DNA of 64,000 nucleotides from Cenarchaeum sp. (GTDB lineage: Archaea > Thermoproteota > Nitrososphaeria > Nitrososphaerales > Nitrosopumilaceae), in the NCBI GenBank assembly GCA_965206845.1, contig OZ242221.1, positions 1,585,951 through 1,649,950 on the forward strand. The letters run 5' to 3'. This document shows positions 29,158-39,233 of this stretch, in pieces. A program made the translations under genes and the position numbers. A model generated the notes under the pieces. It had not been told where the DNA came from and searched no databases. It saw nothing but the letters and a program-made list of their open reading frames with translations. Numbering within the stretch: position 1 is the first letter of the stretch; the number at the start of each line of letters is the position of its first letter.

Positions 29158-29378
29158 TCCTGCGCGCGTGGCCATGCTTCAGCGCTGGCATCCGGAAGAT
29201 CCAGGGCCATCCATTGCAAACCTGACGGGGTCGGCATGAAAAATGCCCATAGCTTGCCGATACAACCGATGGATCGGAGCATGCTCTGGGTTCGGATCGC
29301 CAAACTTGACACCTTGAGGCGGGTCACCGTGACCTACCAGAGCGGAATCTTTATTCATGTTGATCTGGTAACACATGC

Positions 29379-29618
29379 ATGCGTGCTTTGTGTATGATTG
29401 CCGTAGGCCCCGGCAAGGTAGACGATGTCGCAACAATGCTCAGAAAGAAGAGGCGTGTCGTAAAGATGATAATGATTGTGACCGGCAGGGTGGACATCTG
29501 CGTACTGCTCCAGGGCACCATCGACGAGATCAACAGCACAGTTATTGACTTCAGGCATGCCAAGAACATCCTGGCAACGGAGACCATGATCGAGGTAGAG
29601 GTGAACATGGGATGGTAA
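29379..29618 (+). CDS. Stand-alone Lrp/AsnC ligand-binding (RAM) domain protein
   Basis: VGPGKVDDV...VTGRVDI...TETMI pattern; no HTH. Confidence 0.8.
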   Translation: MRALCMIAVGPGKVDDVATMLRKKRRVVKMIMIVTGRVDICVLLQGTIDEINSTVIDFRHAKNILATETMIEVEVNMGW

Positions 29619-29830
29619 GGGCCGTAATTCTGGTCAAATCTCCAAAGAAGCTGATCGCAGCCAAACTGAGAAGGGTCAATTCAGTTCAGGACTCGTTCGC
29701 GGTTAGTGGTCAGTTTGACGCAGTTGCCATAATCGAGGTTGACAATCTGCCCATGATAAAGGATGTCGCCACACGGATACAGAAGATCTCCGGTGTCGAC
29801 AGAACCGAGACCATGGTCGAGGTCACCTAA
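29612..29830 (+). CDS. Stand-alone Lrp/AsnC ligand-binding (RAM) domain protein
   Basis: VSGQFDAVA...IQKISGVDRTETMV pattern; no HTH. Confidence 0.8.
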   Translation: MVRAVILVKSPKKLIAAKLRRVNSVQDSFAVSGQFDAVAIIEVDNLPMIKDVATRIQKISGVDRTETMVEVT

Positions 29831-29984
29831 TTCGGCCCGATATCAAAACTAGGCTTGGCGCATGTGGCCTTGAGCCACTGGCCGGGGGTCGTGCCTGTAG
29901 GCGGCTGCACCGGACAGCCATGTGTCTCGGCCTAGGCGTCCCGAAATAACAAATTTTTTAATCCCCGATTTTGATAGGGTAACT

Positions 29985-30398
29985 GTGAATATCAAACGAG
30001 TTGGAAATGTTATTCTGGCGGTCAAGGATCTTGACAGATCCATAGATTTCTACCATAATACTATCGGCCTGCCAATAAAGAATGAGAGGAGATCGTGGGT
30101 GGATCTGGGCCACACCGGAGCCATGCTGAGCCTGCATCCAGCATCCCTTACCGCAGAGCACGTGGGAAGCTCGATAGACAACGGCATCACCATAGGGTTC
30201 CTCGTAGGCGACGTTCGATCCGCAGTAGAGGAGCTCAAGTCAAAAGGCGTCAGGGTGTACCGGGACGTGGTTGAAAAGGGTGCAGGAAAGAACGCAATCG
30301 TGGTGGATCCTGATGACTATCTGATCTCCCTGTTTGAGCCAAACTTCAAGAACAAGAGCCAGCAGACTAGTGGATATGTTGGCTTTACTCCGGCCTAG
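29985..30398 (+). CDS. VOC/glyoxalase family protein
   Basis: VILAVKDLDRSIDFY...DPDDYLISL pattern. Confidence 0.85.
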   Translation: MNIKRVGNVILAVKDLDRSIDFYHNTIGLPIKNERRSWVDLGHTGAMLSLHPASLTAEHVGSSIDNGITIGFLVGDVRSAVEELKSKGVRVYRDVVEKGAGKNAIVVDPDDYLISLFEPNFKNKSQQTSGYVGFTPA

Positions 30399-30781
30399 AT
30401 CAATCTCTTAATTTTTTGAACTGTTTCGCTCACATCGCTCTCTTTGCTGCCTGTGGTGATGTAGAACATGATGTCTCCCTTTTGAATCAGTATGATGGTG
30501 ACCTTTTTGTGGTATATGATGACGTGATCCTGCTTCCCGATCTCCTTGGAGTATGGCTTCCTCAGACCCATCAGCGTGGAGAGCATAAAGAACTCGTTTC
30601 TTGCATTGTCTGCGCTCAGCAGCGCTCTGGTTCCAGGCCGCAGGGCCCCAGTCAGCGTCCTTCCATGTGTGTTGATGGCGCCGACGTACCTCACACTCTC
30701 TGAGGATTTGACGATCGACTGGCATTTTGCTTTGAGTTCTTTTACCATCTCTGCCCACCTCTCCGCCGGAACCCTTACCAT
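30395..30781 (-). CDS. Roadblock/profilin-like hypothetical protein
   Basis: VRYVGAINTHGR...IIYHKKVTII pattern, recognised from thaumarchaeal small proteins. Confidence 0.55.
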   Translation of the reverse strand: MVRVPAERWAEMVKELKAKCQSIVKSSESVRYVGAINTHGRTLTGALRPGTRALLSADNARNEFFMLSTLMGLRKPYSKEIGKQDHVIIYHKKVTIILIQKGDIMFYITTGSKESDVSETVQKIKRLI

Positions 30782-30834
30782 GACTAGAGTTAGACTGGCA
30801 GGATATAGCCTTATCGACTCGCGCGGCGTGCGTC

Positions 30835-31949
30835 TGTAGTCCGAAAGGTAGTTCGTCCCCTATCCTGGTGCGCAAAGAGATGGAGACATATCGGCAGGCG
30901 CCGCGTCAGAGTCATGAAAAAACTGGACGAGTCAAAAGCGAGGTGGATCATACGCCAAAAGAAGGCAGGCATGCCCACCAGGCAAATATCCCGGACTATG
31001 GGAGTCTCCACATCCTGGACCAAGAAGCTCTGGACAAGATACGGGCACACCAGCGACACCATCACGTATCCTGCGCCGATGGGCAGACCCGCAAACGGTC
31101 TTCCGGGCCGCAGGGGGCACTCTGCGGCCCTCTCCGCATACTGCAAGCACCGCTACGCAGTACGCACAGAGGGGCTGACTGGGCAGAATGAAGGAATGCA
31201 TATCCTGCACAACACCATATGCGGCATAATGGGAGACAACGGCCTGGCATCAAGGGGGCCAAAGAAGGAGCGCAGGCGTAAGTGGGTCAGATACGAGCGC
31301 ACCTACTCCAACTCCATGTGGCACACGGGCTACAAGCAGCTGGATGACGGAAGATGGTTCATTGCCTACCGGGACGATGCCTCGCGGCTCATTGTCGGGC
31401 ATGGCGTCTTTGCCGAAGCCACCGCCGAACACGCAATCGACGTGCTCAAAGAAGCAATAATGGGGCACGGCAGGCCCGCGTCCATACTGACTGACCACGG
31501 CACCCGGTTCTATGCCAATGCAGGGGAGTACTAGAGGAAGTGTGCGGCCAAATTTGGGCAGGAGCTGGTCTCGATGGGCATACACCGCATCCTGGCACGT
31601 CTGCGCCACCCACAGACAAATGGCAAGCTTGAGAGGTTCCACGGCGAGCTGCAGCGCAAGCTGCACCTCTCTGGGGAGGAATCCGTAGACGGGACGACAA
31701 GATCCGGCCGATCCGACGACACCCGTGTGGGCGGACCGCTCAACACCGAGCCAAAGAAGGATCCCGTAACGCGGTTTGTGGAATGGTACAACTATGGCAG
31801 ACCTCACATGTCACTTGACTTGGACAATCTGGAGACTCCCGCAAGGGTGCTTGTCAGAAAGATGCCGCCGCCGGGACAAGTAGTTATTGACGAGCAGACA
31901 GGGGAGGAGTATGGTGTCTGATGGGGGGGTATACTATCAGAATTCCACA
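30835..31949 (+). mobile_element. IS481-family insertion sequence (decayed)
   Basis: TGT...ACA ends with imperfect terminal repeats (tgtag..gtagt..cccc versus tgtgg..atagt..cccc); no target-site duplication seen. Confidence 0.65.
30914..31921 (+). pseudogene. IS481 DDE transposase pseudogene
   Basis: HTH plus rve core (RYERTYSNSMWHT, DDASR, ILTDHG, PQTNGKLERF); in-frame TAG at 31532-31534; WHTD appears as WHTG. Confidence 0.85.
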
Positions 31950-32290
31950 ATAACGGCATAGGCGGCTCCACAAACGACATAGACCAGACGTACACCCCTG
32001 ACTTTGGCGGCACCGGGATCGCAGGCGACTGGGCCATGCGCATACGTGACGGCGCGGGAGCAGACACCGGCACCCTGAACAGCTGGACGCTCACGATAGA
32101 CCATGGCGGTGCCGGCAGTCCCGTGACCGGCTCCGGCAGCCAGTACCTCGTGACCGTCTCGGCCACGCGGAACGGGACGTACAACCTCGACATCACACAG
32201 GACAGCGGCATTGAGGACGCCGCAAACAACCCACTAGCCGACACAGACCCCACGGGGGCAGACCACACCTACACGAGATTTATCTCATAA
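31950..32290 (+). pseudogene. 3' fragment of a proprotein-convertase P-domain-containing surface protein
   Basis: DIDQTYTPDFGG..IAGDWAMRIRDGAGADTGTLNSWTLTI resembles the end of a P-domain; the 5' part is missing at the IS end. Confidence 0.65.
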
Positions 32291-32387
32291 CTGGCAGACT
32301 TGGGTGGGGGGGGGGGTCTCCTGCAAACTCGGCTGATGATCAAAGCCGTCCTTTTACACATAAATGAGATGGCGCGGTAGGCAGATC

Positions 32388-33488
32388 ATGACGGCAGGAT
32401 TCGCCACTCCTGAGCAGACAGCAGCCTTTGCGCGCAGTAGCCTGGCGGAGCATCAAAACTACAACACGTTTCTGGGCCTCACGCTGTCCAACGTGGGGGT
32501 CGGTACGTATCTTGGCGAGCCCAATCCGGAGACAGACGTCTTGGTAAAGGACGCGGTTGTGGAGTCAGTCAGGCGCGGGATCAACGTGCTTGATACGGCA
32601 ATAAACTACCGCGGACAGAAGGCCGAGCGCAGCGTGGGCGCCGCCATTTCGGAACTGTCAGAGGGCGGCACGGCAAGGGATGGCCTCTTCGTGTGCACGA
32701 AGAACGGCTACGTCACAAACGATGCGGATACCGGCGAGGAGTTCTGGCAGTATGTCCAGAAGCATCTTGTTGGGGAAGGCGTAATCAAGTCTGGAGACAT
32801 CTCGTCGGGATACCACTGCATGACGGTGCCGTATCTTGAGGATCAGCTGAACCGCAGTCTGAACAACCTGGATCTCGAGTGCATCGACCTGCTGTACCTG
32901 CACAACGCCGCCGAGGGGCAGCTTCAGGACATCACTAGGGAGCAGTTCCTCAGAAACCTCCGCGATGTCTTTGAGCTGTACGAGCAAAAGAGGTCCGAGG
33001 GACTGATCCGCTACTACGGGCTTGCCACCTGGGAGTGCTTCCGTGTGGCACCCGATGATCCGCTCCACATACCGCTGGAGGAGACGCTGCGAATTGCAAG
33101 GGACGCGGGCGGCCCAGATCACGGGTTCCGTTTCATTCAGCTGCCCTACAACATGTACCTGGATCAGGCGTTTATGCAGAAGAATCAGCCGCACGGTGGC
33201 AAGCGCACCTCAATACTCGAGGCGGCCGGAGCGTGCGGCGTAGGCGTGTTCTCCAGCGTGCCGCTTATGCAGGGACGCCTTCTTGCCCCCGGTGTCATGC
33301 CGGAGTTTGGCAGCGCAACCCCTGCAGTGCGGGCGTTGCAGTTCATCAGGTCAACTCCCGGGATCCTGGCCCCGCTGGTGGGGCACAAGCTTCCCGGACA
33401 TGTGTCGGAGAATCTGGAGGCCATGAAGGTACCGCCGCTCTCAGGGGACGAGTTTCACGAGCTGGTGAGGTCGCTGACCGGCAGATAG
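32388..33488 (+). CDS. Aldo/keto reductase
   Basis: GVGTY, DTAINY, TKNG and DLLYLHN motifs. Confidence 0.88.
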   Translation: MTAGFATPEQTAAFARSSLAEHQNYNTFLGLTLSNVGVGTYLGEPNPETDVLVKDAVVESVRRGINVLDTAINYRGQKAERSVGAAISELSEGGTARDGLFVCTKNGYVTNDADTGEEFWQYVQKHLVGEGVIKSGDISSGYHCMTVPYLEDQLNRSLNNLDLECIDLLYLHNAAEGQLQDITREQFLRNLRDVFELYEQKRSEGLIRYYGLATWECFRVAPDDPLHIPLEETLRIARDAGGPDHGFRFIQLPYNMYLDQAFMQKNQPHGGKRTSILEAAGACGVGVFSSVPLMQGRLLAPGVMPEFGSATPAVRALQFIRSTPGILAPLVGHKLPGHVSENLEAMKVPPLSGDEFHELVRSLTGR

Positions 33489-33555
33489 CGCATGTCATGT
33501 GTCAGATTCCATGCGGAAGAACTATCTATAAATTAGAACCACTCCATGTCAACCT

Positions 33556-33702
33556 ATGCCAGTCGACCCCGTCTGTGGAATCGAACTCGATGAGGAGCTG
33601 GCACTGATCCACAAACACGACGGCAGGGATTATTTCTTCTGCTGCAACGGTTGCCGGAGGATCTTTATCAAAAAGCCCGGCAAGTGGAAGAAGAACGTCT
33701 AG
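33556..33702 (+). CDS. YHS/TRASH domain protein (48 aa)
   Basis: MPVDPVCG...YFFCCNGCRRIF; TATA ctataaat at ~33526. Confidence 0.85.
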   Translation: MPVDPVCGIELDEELALIHKHDGRDYFFCCNGCRRIFIKKPGKWKKNV

Positions 33703-34652
33703 AGCGGATACGTTCCACACATCCTGCAGAACCGGGCGCCTGGTGGTGTGGCATACCCGCACATCCGGCAGGCAGTCTTTGAGGTGTGAAGATCCGACGG
33801 CCTTGCAAAGCGTCTTCTGAAGATCTCGTAGTAGTGCATGGACTCCTTTGTCCGTAGCACAACCCCGTCGGCGCTGCGTATGCTCTCCCTTCTCTCCTCG
33901 AAGGTCTGATCTGGGATCAGCGCAGAGAAGAGATCCGTCAGTGCTGCGGTTCCCGCGCCATCCTGCATGGGGGATTTTGCCCTCCACAGTATGGCATCTG
34001 GAATCGCACCCCTGTAGGCTTTGCGCAGAATCCACTTGCCGTACCTCTTGCCATTTCTTTTGTCCACCTTGAGGCTGGCCGGAATCTCTTCTGACATCCG
34101 GATCACCCGCTCGTCCAGGTATGGTGAAACAAGTTCCACGCCAACATGCCTTCCAATCTTCTGCGACGGAAAGTGCATTATGCCACGCATTCTCTTCAGC
34201 TCATCCTCCAGATCCTGCCCTCTCTTCCTTGCAAGAAAGTCGTACCCCGCAAAGAGCTCGTCCGCACCGTCCCCTGTTATGGCTCTTCTGACCCCGGACT
34301 CCTTTAGAGCTGTAGCCGCCAGGTACATGACGATGGAGTTTCTGATCTCGATGTCGTTAAAGTTGCCCAGAATCCCTATGGTCTCCTCTACTGCGTCCAT
34401 GATATCGCTGCTTGACACCATCCTTATGTCCAGCGGGATCCCCAGGTTGTCTGCTGCCATCTGGCAGTAGGTTAGATCCTCTGCTAGAAAGTCCCGGGCA
34501 ATTATTGTGGTGGCCCGAAGGCCAGTGCGCCGCAGGTGGTATGCGGCTATGGTGCTGTCCAGGCCTCCAGAGAGGCAGATGTTAGAGGATCCGCAGGCAT
34601 GCGAGGCCTCGTCCATGACTCTTACCAGATCTTGGGTAGTTTCATCCAACAT
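33699..34652 (-). CDS. Asparagine-synthase C-terminal (PP-loop) domain protein with Zn ribbon
   Basis: LSGGLDS, TGDGADELFAGY and KWILR motifs; C-terminal CRMC...CRMCG. Confidence 0.82.
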   Translation of the reverse strand: MLDETTQDLVRVMDEASHACGSSNICLSGGLDSTIAAYHLRRTGLRATTIIARDFLAEDLTYCQMAADNLGIPLDIRMVSSSDIMDAVEETIGILGNFNDIEIRNSIVMYLAATALKESGVRRAITGDGADELFAGYDFLARKRGQDLEDELKRMRGIMHFPSQKIGRHVGVELVSPYLDERVIRMSEEIPASLKVDKRNGKRYGKWILRKAYRGAIPDAILWRAKSPMQDGAGTAALTDLFSALIPDQTFEERRESIRSADGVVLRTKESMHYYEIFRRRFARPSDLHTSKTACRMCGYATPPGARFCRMCGTYPL

Positions 34653-34751
34653 GGGTAATGTCGCCTGCTGGTATATATTGACAGGCGCGGCGGGGACGGG
34701 CTCTGGGGTCTTGCTTGATAACTTTAAATTTGCTGCGGTATTTTTTATTAC

Positions 34752-35168
34752 GTGCTACTTCCTGCGGAGATCGAGTCCAAGAGTCTGATCCCTGCACTGC
34801 GCGCAATTCTGGCAAAGAGGCTGGCCCGCACGCACCACATCAGGGAGGACAAGATATCTGCAATGCTGGGTGTAACGCAGGCGGCAATCAGCAACTACAT
34901 ACGGGGAACCCGCGGCGATCCTAGGCTGATCAACAAGCTGCTGGCAGAGCCCAACGTGGCCAAGATGCTCAACGAGCTGAGCGAAAACTTGGCAACGGAT
35001 ATGGCGTACACGCCGTCAAGCCTCTCCCAGTTTATCGGACTCTGTAACTACATCAAGACCAGCCTGTTGATATGCGACATTCACCACAATTTGGAGTCTA
35101 ACATCGACGAAAAGATATGCAAGGAGTGCGAGAGTATGTTGCTGAAGGGTCCAGGATCCATGTACTAA
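34752..35168 (+). CDS. XRE-type HTH transcriptional regulator (COG2522-like)
   Basis: MLLPAE..IPALRA, LGVTQAAISNYIRGTRG, C-terminal Cys/His cluster. Confidence 0.8.
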   Translation: MLLPAEIESKSLIPALRAILAKRLARTHHIREDKISAMLGVTQAAISNYIRGTRGDPRLINKLLAEPNVAKMLNELSENLATDMAYTPSSLSQFIGLCNYIKTSLLICDIHHNLESNIDEKICKECESMLLKGPGSMY

Positions 35169-35473
35169 AGCTTTGTCAGCACGATCTCAATTGTAGATAT
35201 CAGCTGACCCGTATCGGACAGCTCGATGCTGTCTACTGTGACCTTCTCAACCTTTGAGTTGCCCTTGAGCATCCTCCTGGTGACTATGTTGGCCACGCTC
35301 ACCGCGTCTGATATCGAGTTGCCACGCGCCTGCAAGATGACCGCGCCGTGGTTGCCGATCTTTTCTATTGCGTATACTGCGTTTACCTTTGCGTAGCGAT
35401 CTCTTATGAGAAGCACTTTTGCGTCCCGGGGGGCGCTCCTTGTGCCGCCCTGACCGCGGTCGTCATATGGCAT
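35165..35473 (-). CDS. Alba-family nucleic-acid-binding protein
   Basis: ILQARGNSISDAVSVA...ISTIEIVL motif. Confidence 0.8.
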   Translation of the reverse strand: MPYDDRGQGGTRSAPRDAKVLLIRDRYAKVNAVYAIEKIGNHGAVILQARGNSISDAVSVANIVTRRMLKGNSKVEKVTVDSIELSDTGQLISTIEIVLTKL

Positions 35474-35825
35474 GTACTGGTATTGGGATCTTGCGGTTCT
35501 TTTTAGTCTTGCCTATTGTCCCCGTGGAGCAGTTTGTCATACCGGATCATGGTGGTAATTCCTCTACATGAACATTGGCGCCCAAGTGAGGCAGGTGCGC
35601 AGCCCGTCCACGCTTTTGCTGCCTGCCCAAAGTTCTGGCGGCTTGGCCCGAATCGAGCCTTGGCAGATGCCTGGTTGAGCAGCACCCGACCCGGTTACAG
35701 GAAAGAATGCGGTTTCTGTGCATGCCCTGTCTGTGAACGATACATGGCTGCAGGTGCGGGGATGTGGGCAAGAGACGCATGCGGGTGCGATCCGGCCGAC
35801 AGAACGCGGTAGTCACGCAGCTCCG

Positions 35826-36329
35826 TCAGCAGACGGCGGTGATCGGAATGTTTTGAAAATCCCCGTTTGGAAGCACTCTGCGTATGATGATTGGTATTGC
35901 CCTTAGGTTCAGCTCCTCCATTGCAATGTCAAGCGAGGTCGTTGCGGTGTCGGGAATTGGAATGAACGGGGGCGCCCCCAAGGAGAGCTGCAGGGCCCTG
36001 GCTCCCATGATCCTCGCCTTCTCAAACCGGGTCAGTGTAGGCGGGCCGATGGTGATCTTCCCACCGCTTATGGGAATCTCCTGAGGCACATGCTCTGTAT
36101 CGATCTCGACGACCTCCCGGTTGTCCCTGTCCTTGATCCTTGAGTTGATCTCGTCAAGTATCGCTTGAAGGCGCTTGGACTCTGTCTCGTCAGTGCAGGC
36201 ATCTATCTGTTTTTTGTAACTCTCTTTTGCCTTGACAAGATCCACACCAAGTGTGGTTACTGCTGATTCCTTGCTCTCAGTAGACCAAGATCCCTGGTCT
36301 GGTGCATCATTGGTATTTGAATCTGACAA
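35826..36329 (-). CDS. rpo6: RNA polymerase subunit Rpo6/K with N-terminal extension
   Basis: LTRFEKARIMGARALQLSLGAP...IPIIIRRVLPNG motif. Confidence 0.93.
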   Translation of the reverse strand: MSDSNTNDAPDQGSWSTESKESAVTTLGVDLVKAKESYKKQIDACTDETESKRLQAILDEINSRIKDRDNREVVEIDTEHVPQEIPISGGKITIGPPTLTRFEKARIMGARALQLSLGAPPFIPIPDTATTSLDIAMEELNLRAIPIIIRRVLPNGDFQNIPITAVC

Positions 36330-36746
36330 GTATTGATATTATTACAAATGCGGTTATATATTCCAATATTTCGATCGGGCATGATTCAAACCCCCACATT
36401 CGGCCGCATCTGCCATCACCTGCGCCCAGACCTGCGCGGAGCGGCCAGAAAGGCTCCGACGGATCTAATCCCTTGTGGATGGGATGGTGGTTTTGCACGC
36501 TGCCTAACCTGTCATCTGCACGGTTGCGTTCTGGTCAGACTGCTCACATCCAGCTCCCATGTGGGTATGGTGCCAGCGAGGGGGAGGCGGGTATGCAGGG
36601 ACTGCCTGCGCACACCTGGGTCATCTACCCTGTCCGACCAGGCGCGAAGACTCGATCTGATGCACAAATCTGCGCTTGAGCCGAGTCGGTCTCGCATGCG
36701 CTATGCAGAAGGAGATTAATATAATCAGGCCAGGTAAAACCGACGA

Positions 36747-37133
36747 TTGAGTCTTAGATCAGTCTCGAAGATCGATCTGATCTTGGAGGTAAAAACAAAG
36801 TCGGAGATCAAGTGCGAGCTAAAGCGGCACCTGTCCCCAAGAACGGTGGGCATCATATCGCGCTCCCTGCCGTTGAAGGGAAACGCCCATGTCGGTGCCG
36901 GCGGTATGGCGTATCTTGAGACCACCATAAGCTCCGGAATAGAGCGCTCCCGCAGGGAGTTTGTCAAGGGCGACATCGCATTTTTGCCGACTAGGGGAAT
37001 AATCGTGTTCTTTTCTGCTGACTCGGAGCCGGGAAGGACGATGTCGCTCATTGGCAGGGTGACCGACGGCGCCAACAAGCTGGCCGAGATCAGGCCCGGG
37101 GATGTGCTCTGCCTCTACCGCAGTGCCCAGTGA
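36747..37133 (+). CDS. Cyclophilin-like fold protein (DUF369 type)
   Basis: RHLSPRTV...LPL...GDIAFLP motif. Confidence 0.7.
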   Translation: MSLRSVSKIDLILEVKTKSEIKCELKRHLSPRTVGIISRSLPLKGNAHVGAGGMAYLETTISSGIERSRREFVKGDIAFLPTRGIIVFFSADSEPGRTMSLIGRVTDGANKLAEIRPGDVLCLYRSAQ

Positions 37134-37275
37134 TCCTGCTTGTTTGGCATCCTGGGGCAGGATCGACGGCAGCCGGCTGGTTGGGACTGTGCCGGGACGG
37201 CACAAGTGAATCCAACCGCAATCAGGCGGCGACCCGATCTCCCGCTACCGTCTCGAAATTTTAAATAACCAGCAT

Positions 37276-38646
37276 GTGATAAACTTCGCATGGGTGGACG
37301 CCTTTGGAAGAACAAACCCCAAGATAGTGCCTGTTGAGCCTGAAGGCAACCAGTTTGAATTCTATGACAGGGCATCCCGAACCTGCTCACACTCGTTTCT
37401 CTTCGAGTCACTGACGGGCCCACAGGAGATGGCAGAGACCTCGGTAATGGGCTTTGATCCCAGAGCGGTGGTACGGGGCTACACGGACAGGTTGACCGTC
37501 GAGACTGCCGACGGCGGAGTCCGGGAGATACCTACTACAAGGCCGCTGGATGAGATCAAGAAGCTCCTAAGGAGAACAGACAACCAGTCGTACAGGTACC
37601 TGGGAGGCGCCGTGGGCATCGTAAACTACGATGCGGTGAGGCTGTGGGAGGATATTCCACAGAAACACGAGGTGGCAGAGCCCCTCATGGAGTTTGGCAT
37701 ATATGACGACGGCATACTGTACGACAACCGCGGCAAGAGGGCGCTGTACTTTTACTACGACCAGAACCGGTACGACCGGCTCGGGACAGGGGAGCCGGCC
37801 CCGGCAGAGTTCTCTGCCACAGAGCCGCTCCCCGGCATGAACCAGAAGGAGTTTGCAGGGATAGTGAACCGGGCAAAGGACCTAATACACAGCGGGGACA
37901 TCTTCCAGGCGGTTCTGTCACGGAGGTTCTCTTTTGATACCCATGGTGACCCATTGGCGGTGTACCGTATCCTGAGGGAAATGAACCCGTCGCCGTACCT
38001 GTACCACCTCAAGCAGGGTGACAGGACGGTGATCGGCGCGTCACCTGAGATGCTTGTGCGTGTCACCGGGAATGTCGTGGAGACCTTTCCCATAGCGGGC
38101 ACACGCAAGGTTACTGGCGACGAGGAGCAAGACAGGCGGCTGGGCCAGGAACTGCTCTGCGACGAGAAGGAGCTGGCCGAGCACACAATGCTTGTGGATC
38201 TGGGAAGAAACGACATAGGCCGCGTCTGCAGATATGGCTCCGTTCACGTCAAGGATCTCATGGCGGTAAGGCGGTTCAGCCATGTCCAGCACATGGTAAC
38301 GCATGTGACAGGCACGCTGGATCCGCAAAAGGACATGTTTGACGCGTTCCGGGCCGTCTTTCCTGCGGGCACCGTTACGGGCGCGCCCAAGGTTCGGGCA
38401 ATGGAGATAATCGACGAGCTGGAGCCTGGATCCCGCGGGCCCTATGCCGGCGCCGTGGGGTACTTTTCATACAACGGCTGCTGTGACTTTGCCATAGCGA
38501 TACGCAGTGTGTTTATGCAGGGCCGCAGGGGATACGTCCAGTCGGGTGCGGGGATCGTATCTGACTCGCAAAGCGAGGGCGAGTTCCGGGAGACCGAGCA
38601 CAAGGCGGGAGCCATGATCCAGGCGCTAAAGGAGGCATCACGGTGA
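37276..38646 (+). CDS. trpE: Anthranilate synthase component I
   Basis: GDIFQAVLS, NPSPY, PIAGTR, EHTMLVDLGRND and GAPKVRAM motifs. Confidence 0.95.
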   Translation: MINFAWVDAFGRTNPKIVPVEPEGNQFEFYDRASRTCSHSFLFESLTGPQEMAETSVMGFDPRAVVRGYTDRLTVETADGGVREIPTTRPLDEIKKLLRRTDNQSYRYLGGAVGIVNYDAVRLWEDIPQKHEVAEPLMEFGIYDDGILYDNRGKRALYFYYDQNRYDRLGTGEPAPAEFSATEPLPGMNQKEFAGIVNRAKDLIHSGDIFQAVLSRRFSFDTHGDPLAVYRILREMNPSPYLYHLKQGDRTVIGASPEMLVRVTGNVVETFPIAGTRKVTGDEEQDRRLGQELLCDEKELAEHTMLVDLGRNDIGRVCRYGSVHVKDLMAVRRFSHVQHMVTHVTGTLDPQKDMFDAFRAVFPAGTVTGAPKVRAMEIIDELEPGSRGPYAGAVGYFSYNGCCDFAIAIRSVFMQGRRGYVQSGAGIVSDSQSEGEFRETEHKAGAMIQALKEASR

Positions 38647-39233
38647 AGTTTCTCATCATAGACAATTACGACTCGTTTGTGTACAATATAGCGCAGTATC
38701 TGGGAGAGCTGGGTGTCAGCTGCGACGTCGTAAGAAACGACATGATGACCCTGGGCGAGGTAGCGCAGGGAGGGTATGACGCCATCGTCATATCCCCCGG
38801 CCCGGGAAACCCAGAGAACGGGAAGGATTTTGGTATATGTGGAAGTGTCATCAGGGATCTGGGCCCGCATGTGCCTGTTCTGGGCGTGTGCTTGGGGCAT
38901 CAGGGGATAATCCATGAATTTGGCGGCAGGGTGACAAATGCAGGCCGCGTGCGGCACGGCAAGACAAGCCCTGTCCGGCACACGTCAAGTCCACTCTTTG
39001 AGGGCGTAAGGAACCCGTTCCGGGCCACCAGGTATCACTCGCTGGTGGGGGACAGGACTGCGATACCCGACTCGCTTGTAGTCACCGCCAGGGCCGCAGA
39101 CGACGGGGAGGTGATGGCAGTGCAGCACAAGACGCACCCCATATACGGTGTACAGTTTCATCCGGAGTCCATAATGACCGAGGATGGCAAGAGGATACTG
39201 GCAAACTTCATCAGGCAGGTTGAGCGGATGTGA
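38643..39233 (+). CDS. trpG: Anthranilate synthase component II
   Basis: IDNYDSF, SPGPG, GVCLGHQ and QFHPES motifs. Confidence 0.95.
   Translation: MKFLIIDNYDSFVYNIAQYLGELGVSCDVVRNDMMTLGEVAQGGYDAIVISPGPGNPENGKDFGICGSVIRDLGPHVPVLGVCLGHQGIIHEFGGRVTNAGRVRHGKTSPVRHTSSPLFEGVRNPFRATRYHSLVGDRTAIPDSLVVTARAADDGEVMAVQHKTHPIYGVQFHPESIMTEDGKRILANFIRQVERM

Noticed and set aside
36380-36720. Intergenic region between rpo6 and the cyclophilin-like gene as SRP RNA (minus strand has ggatgtgagcag)
   Set aside because: There is no GNRA-capped helix 8 and no long terminal pairing; the match is short and probably chance.
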